64,000 nucleotides of DNA from Octopus sinensis (taxonomy: Eukaryota), in NCBI RefSeq assembly GCF_006345805.1, contig NC_043002.1, positions 9,920,001 to 9,984,000 of the forward strand, in the 5' to 3' direction. Position 1 is the first letter of the stretch. Every line of letters starts with the position of its first letter. Under the pieces are notes generated by a model, which was given only the letters and a program-made list of their open reading frames with translations, was not told the origin of the DNA and did not search any database. The position numbers and the translations under genes were made by a program. Shown piece after piece: positions 25,144-37,906 of the stretch.

Positions 25144-26095
25144 CGTAAGAGAGAGAGAGAGAGAGACGTAAAGAGAGAGAGAAAAAAGAGAGACACGAAG
25201 AGAGCGATAGACGATGGAAGGCGAGAGAGACGTAAAGAGAGAGAGAAAAAAGAGAGACACGAAGAGAGCGATAGACGACGGAAGGAGAGAGAGACGTAAA
25301 GAGAGAGAGAGAGAAAAAAGAGAGACACGAAGAGAGCGATAGACGATGGAAGGCGAGAGAGAGAGAGAGAAAAAAGAGAGACACGAAGAGAGCGATAGAC
25401 GATGGAAGGCGAGAGAGAGATAAAGAGAGAGAGAAAGAAGAGAGACTCGAAGAGAGCGATAGACGACGGAAGGAGAGAGAGACGTAAAGAGAGAGAGAGA
25501 AAAAAGAGAGACACGAAGAGAGCGATAGACGATGGAAGGAGAGAGAGACGTAAATAGAGAGAGAAAAAAGAGAGACACGAAGAGAGCGATAGACGATGGA
25601 AGGAGAGAGAGACGTAAATAGAGAGAGAAAAAAGAGAGACACGAAGAGAGCGATAGACGATGGAAGGAGAGAGAGACGTAAAGAGAGAGAGAAAAAAGAG
25701 AGACACGAAGAGAGCGATAGACGATGGAAGGCGAGAGAGAGATAAAGAGAGAGAGTGAAAAAGAGAGACTCGAAGAGAGCGATAGACGACGGAAGGAGAG
25801 AGAGACGTAAAGAGAGAGAGAAAAAAGAGAGACACGAAGAGAGCGATAGACGATGGAAGGCGAGAGAGAGATAAAGAGAGAGAGTGAAAAAGAGAGACTC
25901 GAAGAGAGCGATAGACGACGGAAGGAGAGAGAGACGTAAAGAGAGAGAGAAAAAAGAGAGACACGAAGAGAGCGATAGACGATGGAAGGAGAGAGAGACG
26001 TAAAGAGAGAGAGAGAGAAAAAAGAGAGACACGAAGAGAGCAATAGACGACGGAAGGAGAGAGACAAAATGAGAGAGAGAAAGAAGGAAGGAAGA
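23996..26095. repeat. AG-rich minisatellite/satellite array, unit ~60-70 bp
   Basis: Roughly 30 copies of gagacacgaagagagcgatagacga(t/c)ggaagg(ag)n-acgtaaa(ga)n-aaaaa. Confidence 0.95.
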
Positions 26096-26181
26096 CAGAG
26101 AAAATAGGCTGATAGATAAGAAAAAAAATCATAGAAATGGTGTCTAGTTTTAGTTTCAATTTGTGAGACCGACAGAATCTG

Positions 26182-26271
<90 letters not shown>

Positions 26272-26274
26272 GTG

Positions 26275-26415
26275 ACCGCGTGTGTACCGTTGGCGATTTT
26301 TTCCCGCCGTCTTCCCTTCTTTGGATCTTTCCTTTTCCTATGTTTCTGACGAAGAGCTCCGCTCGAAACGTTAAACCCTCCTTCTTTCCTTCTTTCCTGA
26401 GCGTCCAAGAACACT
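26275..26415 (+). mobile_element. Penelope-like LTR repeat with hammerhead-like core
   Basis: gttt-CTGACGA-a-gagc-tcc-gctc-GAAA-cg-TT-aaac at 26342-26376. Confidence 0.6.
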
Positions 26416-26871
26416 ATTTATATCCCTATTTCTGTAGTATTCAATTGACGTAACAGTGAATTGGATGTTTTACACCCCATTGAAGGAATTCTCTCCTTCA
26501 TTTGTTACACTGTCTATATATGTATGTGTGTATGTATGTACGTATTTATTTCTATTTTTCATTTATTTACGGTCGGTGTACCATACTGGAGATTGTAAAG
26601 CAATTTTAATATTGCAAAACATGAATTCTTGAGATATATCCTCCGCGCGTAAGCGAAAGCAGGGTATTGTAACCGTTTGTCTCAGTCTGTTAGTCTGTGT
26701 GTTTGCGACATTACTGGGAAAACGTCTGAAAGAATTTTTACCGAATTTAGTCGAAATGCCTATGGAGTGGGTGTCTCGAACTCATTCAGTTTTGGTTTGA
26801 TTATCTTCAAAAATGACGAACAGGTGACTCGAAATATTTTCTTTTCTTTGTTACATAAACATTAAGCAGGT

Positions 26872-29800
26872 GAAATAATAATAATGATAATAATAATAAT
26901 GAAATTATTGTATACAGTGCTCAGGTGCACCACAACTTGTCAGAAAGTGCGTATAGAGTATATGCAGTAATGTACAAATGTCTGGAAAGCGAACAATGTA
27001 TGAGTCAGATACATGCGTTTGTGTGTATGGAGGGAAGAAAATCAGGTGTAGTGTTGGCGAATCTCAGAAAGCATGGAAGTTTTGAAGGATGCAGTGCTCC
27101 GACAACTAACAACTGATGCTGGCAGTTTGTTCCATGCTTCAGCAACTCTCAGCGTGAAAAAATGTTTCCTAAAGTCATGGGCGCTGTTCTGTTTTCTGAC
27201 TTTGTAAATATGTCCACGGGTGTTAGATGGGTGGAGTTCGAAAAGGTGCTCAGAGTTATTGTTTGTGAGATAGTTGATAATTTTATGGGTGTCTGCCAAG
27301 TCAGCTGCCAGACGTCGGAGTTTCAATGTGTCCATGCCCAGGGAAGTAAGGCGTTCAGAATATGGCAAATGCCTGATGGAGGGTATTCTTTTGGTTGCAC
27401 GTCGCTGAACGGATTCCAGACGATTGATATCCTGGGAAAGATAGAGGTTCCAGACCGGTGATGCAAATTCCAGGTGAGGTCTTACTATAGCTATATAAAG
27501 CCGCAGATAGATAGTAGGAGAGCAGCTCACAAAGGATTTGGTGAGTGATGCCAAGACACCCTCAACCTTCTTGACAATTTTAGCGATGTGTTTTGTCCAA
27601 CGCAAATCATTGTCGACAATAACACCCAGGTCACGTTCACATGAAGACTTTTTGAGATTAGTCTTGTGGAGGGAGTAGGTGGACGCTGGGTTTCTCCTCC
27701 CAAAATGCATGGTGGTACATTTGTCCACAGCCAGCTTGAGTTGCCAGTCCATGATCCACTGCTGCATTGTGTCCAGGTCTGCTTGCAATAGAGATCTATA
27801 GTGTACAGGATCTGACCTCTTTATTTCGAGGTACAGCTTGATGTCATCTGCATATTTCAGCACTGTGGAATTCTTTAAGTTGGCATCTATGTCATTAACA
27901 TATGCAACAAATAAAAGGGGGCCAAAAACAGATCCCTGTGGTACACCAGATGTCATCTCATAGGGCGAAGAGTGCTGTCCTAGAACTGTGACAACCTCTT
28001 TTCGACCGAAAATAAAGGACTTCAACCAGGTATAGAGTTCGTCTCTTACGCCCAACGCAGAGAGCTTCACCATAAGTCTTTTGTATGGCACAGAGTTAAA
28101 AGCCTTAGCAAAGTCCAGGTAAACATCTTACACCAAGGATCCGCGATCAGTGATTTGGGTAACGTCCTCAAGAATCTCGATGAGTTGATTACAGCAGCTG
28201 GAGTTAGGAATAAATCCAAATTGTGACGGCTGGATGAGGCTGTGAGACTTCCAGAAGTTCCAGAGGGTTTCCCTGATACAGGATTCCATCAGTTTGGCGA
28301 TGCAGCTAGTAAGACTAACAGGGCGATAGTTGACAGGCGATGGGCGGTCACCTTTTTTGAACAGAGGGATAACACTGGCAGTTTTCCACTGCTCTGGAGT
28401 AATACCATTGTCAAGACAGAATTGGAAGAATAGAGAGAGTTGGCTTCGAAGAAAGTACCCACCGCGTTTGAGAAGTAGGTATGTAACACCATCGAGACCA
28501 GGAGAGGCATAGTTGCGTTTATTATTAAGGTGGCGTTGTAGCATTGCTGGTGTAAATTGCATAGTAGATATAGAGTCCGATGTCAGTGGTGATGAAGATG
28601 GAACATTTTGGTCTTCGACAGTAAAGATGTCGGCATAGCATCCAGCAATGATTTCTGCACATTATTTGGGATTGCCAGTAATCTGTCCTGTGTGGGGATT
28701 GCGAATGGGACCAACTTGAGAGTGAGGTCTCTGCTTTGAGTGCACATACTTCCAGAACACTTTGCTGTCAGGGTTGGTTGCAAAGAGTTGTTTAAATTCA
28801 AGCACTGCCTTTTTTGTCACCTGCTTGAGGTGGTTGGCGCTTTTTCCTGTTGCTCTCTGATTTTTGCAATGTGTATTCCTGTTCAGCATTACGGCGTTCT
28901 TTCCTGGCAAGTCGGACTGCTGCAGTCTCCCAAATTGCACTATTGGGTGGTTTTTTGTGCTTGCGTAGTACTGATGCTGCACATGCCACCCATATTGAAT
29001 TCAGAATGTTCTGAAGTATAGTGTTCACATCTCCAGAGGCATAAAATTCGAGCCAGTTTGGGCGTCGCAGCTCAGTACAATAAGTACTTCAGTCTGCTTT
29101 ATTCCTGTCAAAGCAGTTTGAAGATGGTTGTGGTTTTTGTTACAACCAATCAGAGACAAGTCGGCCTTGATCAAGGAATGATCAGAGTCACCTAAAGTTT
29201 CTTCAGTAGTGACACTAATGATTGTTCCAGGAGAAGCGGTAAGTAGCAGATCCAAAGTGTTGTTACCCCTTGTGGGGGAGGTAACGACTTGGGACCAATT
29301 TGAATTCAGCACCAGTTCAAGGAAATCGTCTGCACTTTGCGGCCAACAGAAGGCCTCCCAGTCAATCTCAGGGAAATTGAAGTCGCCCGCAATATAAACA
29401 TACGTGGCTGTTTTCATGGCAGTAGCTCTGAGGATATCAAAAAGCTGTGCGTCTTGACGATAATTTGGGGGGGGGGGCGGTAAACGACTCCAAGCAGAAG
29501 TGTTGACATGGTCATGTGTATATTGCAGAAAAATACTTCCTGCTGAGATTGGTTCAAATCATCACAGGGGATTGCCGATAGATTTGATCGAACATAAAAC
29601 ATAAATCATCACACCCCCTCCACGGCGATTATTGCGGTCTTTGCGGAACAGGTTGTAGCCGGTTATGCTGAAAACTCCATCACAGAGTGCAGAGTGTGCC
29701 CATGTTTCCGTGACTGATGAAATCTGGGTTGATACTTTTGACGTAGGAGTCAAAAAGATGCACCTTGTTGCATAAACTATGGGCATTCAAGGACAGCAGT

Positions 29801-30150
29801 TTGTATCTGGATTTCAGATGATGATATACAGGGGATGGATGATTGTTCTTGGTTAGTTTCCCAAGATTTTTGTATTGCCAGTTGTTGTTGTGGGTGCAGT
29901 TTGCTCAGTCCAACTGGTTCCCTTATCCACGACTCACCAGACTTGCCCATCATCGCGGAGGCTAAAACTTTCCTGTGGCACAGAGTTGCGATTTAGGGAA
30001 GCTGCAGATCTTAGCTTTGGGCGTACATCAGGTGGTAGGCCAGGACGTGTCCTAAAGCTGATTCTGTTGTCGCGCCGAGCTCTATCAGCAGCCAGATGGA
30101 ATGCTCGCGCCTCAGTAAAGTTTGTAATTCATGATGTCGTGAATTAAGAA
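26872..30150 (-). mobile_element. CR1/L2-type LINE, degenerate (APE and RT)
   Basis: VYRPP, GDFNFPEIDW, NYRPVSL, QFGF, QGSVFGPLLF and KYADD; (ATT)n tail at 26872-26905. Confidence 0.9.
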
Positions 30151-30421
30151 ACCTTTTAGGATATAAATGCTAAGGAAACATATAGATAGATATAAAATAG
30201 AAAAGAATAAGGAGTTATAGGGAAAATATTGGTGGTTAAATATTTAGTGGTAAAGGAAAATGTCTATGAGGATGATTGGGAAGTTAGGTAATGACGCAGG
30301 GGGTCGCTATTTGTATTTTGAGAACAATTTACGTAATCTATCGCGTTCAGTCGGTCTATCTCTCCCTCTATATGTGTGTGTGTATGTGTGTATGTACTTG
30401 TGTGTGTGTGTGGTGTGTGTC

Positions 30422-30716
30422 TGAAGGCGCTTGGCTCAGTGGTTAGGGTGTTGTACTTACGACTGCGATATGATGGTTTCGAATCCCAGACCGGGCGTTG
30501 CGTTGTGTTCTTGAGCAAAGCACTTCAGTTCACGTTTCTCTGCAATCATTTCGTCATCTGGCATGTGGCACTCGTTGCACCAGTGCACGTAATATCGATC
30601 TCGTGGAGGGAGTGAGCTTATGGGTACATCGATCACTATAAACAAATCATCTGTGTGGTTGCTCGATAAGAAATTGTCAAACCCTCATACGTCGTCTAAC
30701 CAAGGGAGAGTCCATT
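30422..30716 (+). mobile_element. Diverged tRNA-derived SINE
   Basis: ggcgcttggctcagtggttagg...ggtttcgaatcccagaccgggcg head. Confidence 0.7.
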
Positions 30717-30779
30717 ATACATACACACATATATATATATACATAGGAGGCCATCCGGACTCCCGCTTGTGCCGTGAAG

Positions 30780-31660
30780 AGGGATTAATCTTCTCTCTTC
30801 GCTCTTTTACGCCATTTGGGCTCAACTCTCCTCCCCTTTTCATCTAACCTCCTCCCCGACTCCTACTTCTCTTCACTCCTACATCTTTTCACTCCTACAT
30901 CTTTTCACTCCTACTCTCTTTCCCTCTTCTCGCCTACTCTCTTCTCTCTGCTCCCTCATTCTCCTTCTCTCCTCTCTCCCCTCCCCCTCCCCTTCCCCTC
31001 TCTCCCCCCCCCCCCCTCTCCTCTCTTCCTCTCTCTCTCACATACCTATCTTCCCCTCCCCATAAATCCACCCACCCACCCACCCCTATTCCACTTTCCC
31101 TATCCTTCCCACCCCCACCGTACCCCACCGTACCCCACATACCTCACCCTATCCACACTTCCCCCACATACCTAACCCTTATCCCCCACCCCTCCCCCAT
31201 ACCTCACCCCTATCCCAATCCCTCCCCCACATACCTCACCCCTATCCCACACCCCTCCCCCACATACTTCATCTCTAACCCCACCCTCAGCCTACCCACA
31301 AACCCCACTCTACCCCAACCCCAGCCGAACCCACACCTGTGCTTTCCCCACTCTCGCCTCCCCCACCTCCTCACCTCCCCACCTCCCCACAACATCGCAC
31401 CACACTACAACATCACACGCCTCCCCCACCTCCCCACAACATCACACCACAGCACACTACACCATACAACATTACACATCGCATCACAACACACCACCCA
31501 CACACCCATCCCCACATTTTTACACCTACACATACATACTCACATCATATCACAACACACCACCCACACACCCATCCCCACATCTCCACACCCACACATA
31601 CATACACACACGTCCAGACCACCAGCCCTCTTTCACACGCACATACATACTCTCTTATAC
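30780..31660. repeat. C-rich and CA-rich low-complexity tract
   Basis: Direct reading. Confidence 0.85.
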
Positions 31661-31997
31661 ACACACGCACCTTTGTGTTGCGGGCTCCTTCGTGTTGGAG
31701 GTCATCTTGACCTTGTTATCTCCCCTACTTCCCCTCTCCCGTCTGACCATTCTGTCCGAAGTCAGACGCCATGATAGATCGTTAGCTACTACACACATTT
31801 TTTTCTCTCTTTGTTTCTCTCCTTGTTTTTTTTCTGTGTATCTTTCTGTAGAAGAACGTAGGCTCGAAATGTAAAAGACTTTTTCTATTCCTGAGCGCTA
31901 TACTAATACATCTGTTGTTTGTACACCACCTGCCTTCATCTTTTGTTTATTTTGGTAAACTTTCCTTTATATATATATCTATATATATATATATATA

Positions 31998-32042
<45 letters not shown>

Positions 32043-32106
32043 GGTCCGGGTTGATTCGGGGTTAACCACAGTAAATAAGGTACTCAATACATAGCAGAGT
32101 AAAATT

Positions 32107-32337
32107 AATTTATTATATGAAGGAGCTTCTACAGGACTAGAACTGTTTCATTCAAGAGAAATCTTCAGGAAGCTAGTTAACAAGAATTGTATTGGCATTT
32201 ATACATTTAGGCAGGTTTAAGGGGTGTTGGTGGGGGACTTTTTGGGGGTAGGCATAGCGCAAAAAATCATACTTGGGGGAGTGGTCAAGGGTCAGTGTTA
32301 AATTAGATAGGAGAATAAAAAATAAAAAATAAAAAAT

Positions 32338-32374
<37 letters not shown>

Positions 32375-33257
32375 AAATAAAAAAATATATAAAAAAATTT
32401 GTATTTGTATATGTATATATATATATGTGTGTATGTGTAGGTATGCATGGGTACACATATGTATATATGTGTATATATATATATATATATGTGTATGTAT
32501 ATATATGTATGTGTATGTGTATGTATGTATATATATGTGTATGTATGTGTATAGTGTGGGGTGTATATATGTGTGTATGTGTATATATGTGTATATAGGG
32601 ACTAGTGTGCTGTTGTGTGCATGTGTGTGTATGGATTGTGTGTGTATGCGTGTATGTGAGTATGTGTGTGTACGTGTATATATATATATATATATATTTT
32701 CTTTCTGTGTGTATATGTATGTGTGGTCGGTGTGTGTATATATACATGTGTGTATACGTGTATGCAAGTGAGTGTGTGTATGTATACAAATATATGTGTA
32801 TGTGTAGATATGTATATGTATGTGTGAGTGTATATATGTGTGTATGTGTAGAGGTATAAGTGAGAATCTCCTTATTTACCTAAAACTCTATTCCCCCCTT
32901 TATATATATATATATAGATATATATATATATATAATTTATTTTTTTATTTTTATTTTTATTTTTTATATTTTTTATATTTTTTATATTTTTTATTTTTAT
33001 TTTTTATTTTTATTTTTATTTTTATTTTTATTTTTTATTTTTATTTTTTTTTATTCTCCTATTAATTTAACACTGACTCCTTGACCACTCCCCCAAGTAT
33101 GATTTTTTGCGCTATGCCTACCCCCAAAAAGTCCCCCACCAACACCCCTTTAAACCTGCCTAAATGTATAAATGCCAATACAATTCTTGTTAACTAGCTT
33201 CCTGAAGATTTCTCTTGAATGAAACAGTTCTAGTCCTGTAGAAGCTCCTTCTATATA

Positions 33258-33262
<5 letters not shown>
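32107..33262. mobile_element. Inverted pair of Penelope-like LTRs around low-complexity DNA
   Basis: 32107-32400 is inverted at ~32935-33262; each arm carries a hammerhead motif. Confidence 0.75.
33196..33246 (+). ncRNA. Type I hammerhead motif with closed stem III (inverted copy at 32124-32174)
   Basis: agcttc-CTGAAGA-tttc-tctt-gaat-GAAA-cag[ttctagtc]ctg-TA-gaagct. Confidence 0.7.
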
Positions 33263-33326
<64 letters not shown>

Positions 33327-33337
33327 ATTATATATAT

Positions 33338-33434
<97 letters not shown>

Positions 33435-33435
<1 letters not shown>

Positions 33436-33740
33436 AGGCGCAATGGCCCAGTGGTTAGGGCAGCGGATTCGCGGTCTTAGGATCACGGTTTCGATTCCCA
33501 GACCGGGCGTTGTGAGTGTTTATTGAGCGAAAACACCTAATTCTCCACGAGGCTCCGGCAGGAGGTGGTGGCGATCCTTGCTGTACTCTTTCGCCACAAC
33601 TTTCTCTCACTCTTTCTTCTGTTGGCCTGCTCGCTTAGCCAGCGGGGTGGCGTCATTTGAAGGCTAAAACAATGCGAAGCGCATTGTGACCAGCGATGTG
33701 TAACAACATCTGATAGCCTGGTCGGTCACGGTGATCACGG
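33435..33740 (+). mobile_element. tRNA-derived SINE (family A)
   Basis: Head identical in type to 3275-3355. Confidence 0.85.
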
Positions 33741-34517
33741 TGATATATATATATATATATAAAAACATATATTAAACTCGTCTATGTGAACGCTAGGGAT
33801 ATGCAAATAAAACTCCTATTTCATTTTGCCAGCTACAGTTGAATTGTACTGACTAATAAGTCAGTGTTACAGGGTTGCACCATGGTTATACTGATATAAT
33901 GTAGTATAAATATAATTGTAACAATAATTCTAGGATGGAATTTATAAATATTTAATACATTGCTACGCACATTTCAACAAACTACACGTTTTTTACATCA
34001 GCGTTGGTATCTTGGTGATTAGTACAGAATAGTCCATATTATCTGTTAGCACCCGGTTGATCACCACCATTGGTTCATTTCATCAAGCGATACTACATGA
34101 CTACACGTATCACCGAAGGGGTATTTGTCCCTTCTTCACCGTCTGACGGCCAATCTGTGTTCATCTATTAATGCAGTGTATTGCAATCTGGCGGTCTGTA
34201 TGTCTGAAATCTAAAGGCTATCCCACTGAAGAAAACTGGCCTTCAGCAAATTTTTTTTTGCTGGAAATAGTTACAAACCGCGGTCTGGGAAATAGTTGAG
34301 AGGGTAAACGTTTTTAATTTTCATTCCTTTCGTGAATTTATCCTTTTTTGTGGTCTTGAGATTTCTACTGCTCTTTCTAGTACAACGTTTTTCTATTTGG
34401 AAGCCTCTTATTGTATTTCTATATGAATAATATATAGTTTAATGACTGATTCGTTTTTTGTGCTAGGCCACTGGTAATAATACTTTATTATACCCTATTT
34501 TATTATGTTTATATATA

Positions 34518-34587
<70 letters not shown>

Positions 34588-34747
34588 ACATACATACATA
34601 CATAGATGAGTGTATTTTCCCTTGTTCACACTTTCAAAATTAATTACACTAAAAATAAGATAAAAATTAGTAGTAAAAATATTTGGTCCATAGTTCCATA
34701 AAAGAGAGAAATTAAATCTAATCTCCCACTGCAATTTCGTCAAGCTA

Positions 34748-35700
34748 TTGTTAGGAATTTTCCCAAAAATTCTAGGTATTACTCTATTATCAATTCATAT
34801 TAGGATTGGTTTTTCAAACACAAAAAATCTCTTACAAATTATCTTTTCACATAACAACAAACTGTTAAATATTAATACATTTACGAATACTAACGTTAAT
34901 TTAGCTAATACCATCCATCCCTCTAGAAATATTAATAACGAGGTTATTGTATCTGAAGTCAATTCCAACAGAATTAAGTTTATGTCAAGTAACTCTAAAA
35001 TTAAAAATTCTATATACCAGTGTATAGTCAGTACTCGTAATAAAGTACGATTTTTCATTGGAAGCACGTCGTTAGAGTTATCTAAACGAATTTCTATTCA
35101 TTACTCAATGTTTAGGGATAGGAATAAACGTAATAGTACTGGGCTAAGTAAATTAATTTGGGATCTAAAAGACCACAATGAACAATTTAATTTAGAATGG
35201 CTGATTCTCTCAATCTCGATATCTTATGACAAAGGCAAGGAATTCTGTCTTCTCTGTAATTCTGAGCTATTTTTCATTATTTTTTCTAACCCCCCCCTAG
35301 TAAACACGGTTATAGAACGTGCATACCGATGTAAACATTGGCAAAAACACACCTTTAGTTCATATAAGTGATCTCTATCATTATATATAATTTAAGCATT
35401 AATTGTCTTTCATATTTAACATTCACTAAAAATATCCCTCCTCTTTCTATAGGCTACTTCTGACGTTATACCATATAATGTTTTTTCAAACAATATTAAT
35501 AGCGTTCAGTAAATCACTATACATATCCATCATTTTCTGTTAAAATGTCTTATTGACGAATTTCGTTTTTTCACTTCCCTGAAGAGAAAATTGCATTGTT
35601 TTATACCATTTATTCTTTTGAATAATATCAGCGAAATCTTCGAAACATGTGTTGAAAGTAAAAGTATTTGATTATACCTGCGTTAAACTCTCTATAACCA
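34748..35700 (+). mobile_element. Penelope-like element 3' part: GIY-YIG endonuclease ORF and LTR with hammerhead motif
   Basis: SIYQCIV...FFIGST...KRISIH...TGLSKLIWDLK...CLLCNSE...YRCKH; hammerhead-like motif at 35574-35658. Confidence 0.85.
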
Positions 35701-36379
35701 TGTTTACTATATATATTTATGTAGAGGGAGAGAGGGGGAAGACATAGATAGATAGATGGACAGATAGATAGATAAATAGATAAGTAGATTCAGGAACTTT
35801 GTCAGAGATTCTCGTTTCATGTATCAGGTTTCGGTATTGATATAATTTTATTGCGACAAGATTGAAACTATCCAATATCGATTTTTTTTAACATAGTGCG
35901 ACGCGGGGTTCTATAAAGTATAATTTACTTCCGACGACATGATCTGGCAAACAAACTGTAAAATAAAGCAAAAGTTCAAAATGTAATTTACATTAAAATC
36001 TTTTTTGTAGAGATAGTCTAAAGGGTTTCGAAATTTTAATATGGTAAGAAAGGAATACAAGGCGCAGTCTGGTGTAATCTTTGAGGTCCTTATGTTCTGA
36101 CATAAGAAGAAAATAATAAAACTATTTTATTATTGTATTATTTTCTTCTTTACTTTCTTCTTTTTCTCTCTTTTTCTCTTTTTACTCTCCTTTTTCTTTT
36201 TCTTTATTCTTCATTTCCTGTTTTCGATTTGACCCTACTAGTACACACCCTATTTTTAGGTCATTTTTAAATAAAACCATTGCTTCAATAACACTGTGTA
36301 TAAGCTCTACACTTGGAATGACTAATTTTAAATACTATTGGATATTACCCATAAGGTATTGGAATCTTATATGTATACA

Positions 36380-36829
36380 ATTCTGCCTAAAAATTGGATC
36401 TACAAACCCGACCGATCCATTTTTCGACCGTATTGTAACTTGCGATGAAAAGTGGATTCTGTACAATAATAATGTAAGAAATTCTTCGCAGCGGTTGGAC
36501 CAAAATGAAGCACCGAAAACATTCTCTAAACCCGAATAAGAAGGGTATGGTGACTGTTTGGTGGTGTACTGCTGAATTCATCCACTATAACTTCTTAAAA
36601 TCCGGAAAAAAGCATTACTGCAGAAACATTGCTATTTCTCCTACCGTCTACCACTTTTCAAGCACCTTGATAGTTTCCTGCTTGAGAAGGAGTTAAACAT
36701 AAAACCGACACTGAGAGTGTGTTCAAAGAGTTCATCAGTTCCAGAACTCCAGACATTTTATATTCCAGAATGACCAAACTTGTAACTCGTCGGCAAACAT
36801 TTGTTGAATGTAATGGTACTTACTTTGAA

Positions 36830-36830
<1 letters not shown>
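36380..36830 (+). mobile_element. Mariner (Tc1/mariner) transposase remnant
   Basis: FFDRIVTCDEKWILYNN, KKGMVTVWW and FKEFISSRTPD...KLVTR...CNGTYFE. Confidence 0.85.
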
Positions 36831-36869
<39 letters not shown>

Positions 36870-37195
36870 ATATATATATATATTTAAATAATGAGGGAGA
36901 TAAATTAATATCAATTTAAAACCAGTAGTCTAGCATACAAAAAATCTGAGAAATCAGAGAAAATTCAAATATATGTGTATATTGGCAGGGCAAGACTGCT
37001 AGGTAGTCGACCCTATGCTAGAAATAGATCATCAACGATCAAACTACAAAGAAAGTTCTCTAGAGGAAAAATTCAGCGAACGCCAGAACCAAATTTGGCG
37101 GGCAGGACAGATGAAAATTTATATAACAGAAAGATATATATAAAAGTAAATAAATGGCACAACGAAGCACCGATATTTACTCTCGTATTGCATTA

Positions 37196-37233
<38 letters not shown>

Positions 37234-37827
37234 TTAATCCAAACATGAAAACACAAAGAGAAAACACAACAACGCGAGGACGTGGAACAAGTATAGTGTT
37301 ATTGGACGCTCAGGAAAGGAAAGAAAGAAAGAGGATGTAACGTTTCGAGCGGAGCTCTTCGTCAGAAACATAGGAAAAGGAAAGATCCAAGGAAGGGAAG
37401 ACGGAGGGAAAAAATCGCCAACTACCATATATATATATTGTAGTATGTGTGTCATAGTTTATAGCAGCAGTGAGACCATCTCCTCAGTCTTGCCAACTCA
37501 GCCCTTTGTGCTGCTGGTGTCCTGAGACCCGGAAAAAAATGGTACAGTTCATGTATCCCTCAATGTATGTATTCGTCCACGAAGTTGTCATCGTGGTAGT
37601 GGTAGTTGTTGTTGTTGTTCTTGCCATCGCTGACACCGTCACTGCTGGCGTCTTTGGTAATTGTGTTGTTGCCATTGTTTGCGCCGTCGAAGAGAATATC
37701 GTGTGTGTGTGTGTGTGTGTATGGGTTCACTTTGTATATTGCATGCATCAATGCCCTCTATATACATACATTTATTATTTATTTATTTATCTATCTCTAT
37801 ATCTTGTATTTGTTACAGGTATGTGAC

Positions 37828-37875
<48 letters not shown>

Positions 37876-37906
37876 AATATATATCTATATATATTATATA
37901 TATATA

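Noticed and set aside
23887-26159. Three 680-730-aa Ser/Leu-rich ORFs
   Set aside because: Stop-free translation of the CT-rich strand of a satellite in all three frames.
30816-31710. Pro/His/Thr-rich ORFs
   Set aside because: Low-complexity C-rich DNA with no splice or paralog support.
33435-33510. tRNA gene-like sequences (also 3275, 46282, 47735)
   Set aside because: They continue into SINE bodies and lack a proper acceptor stem.
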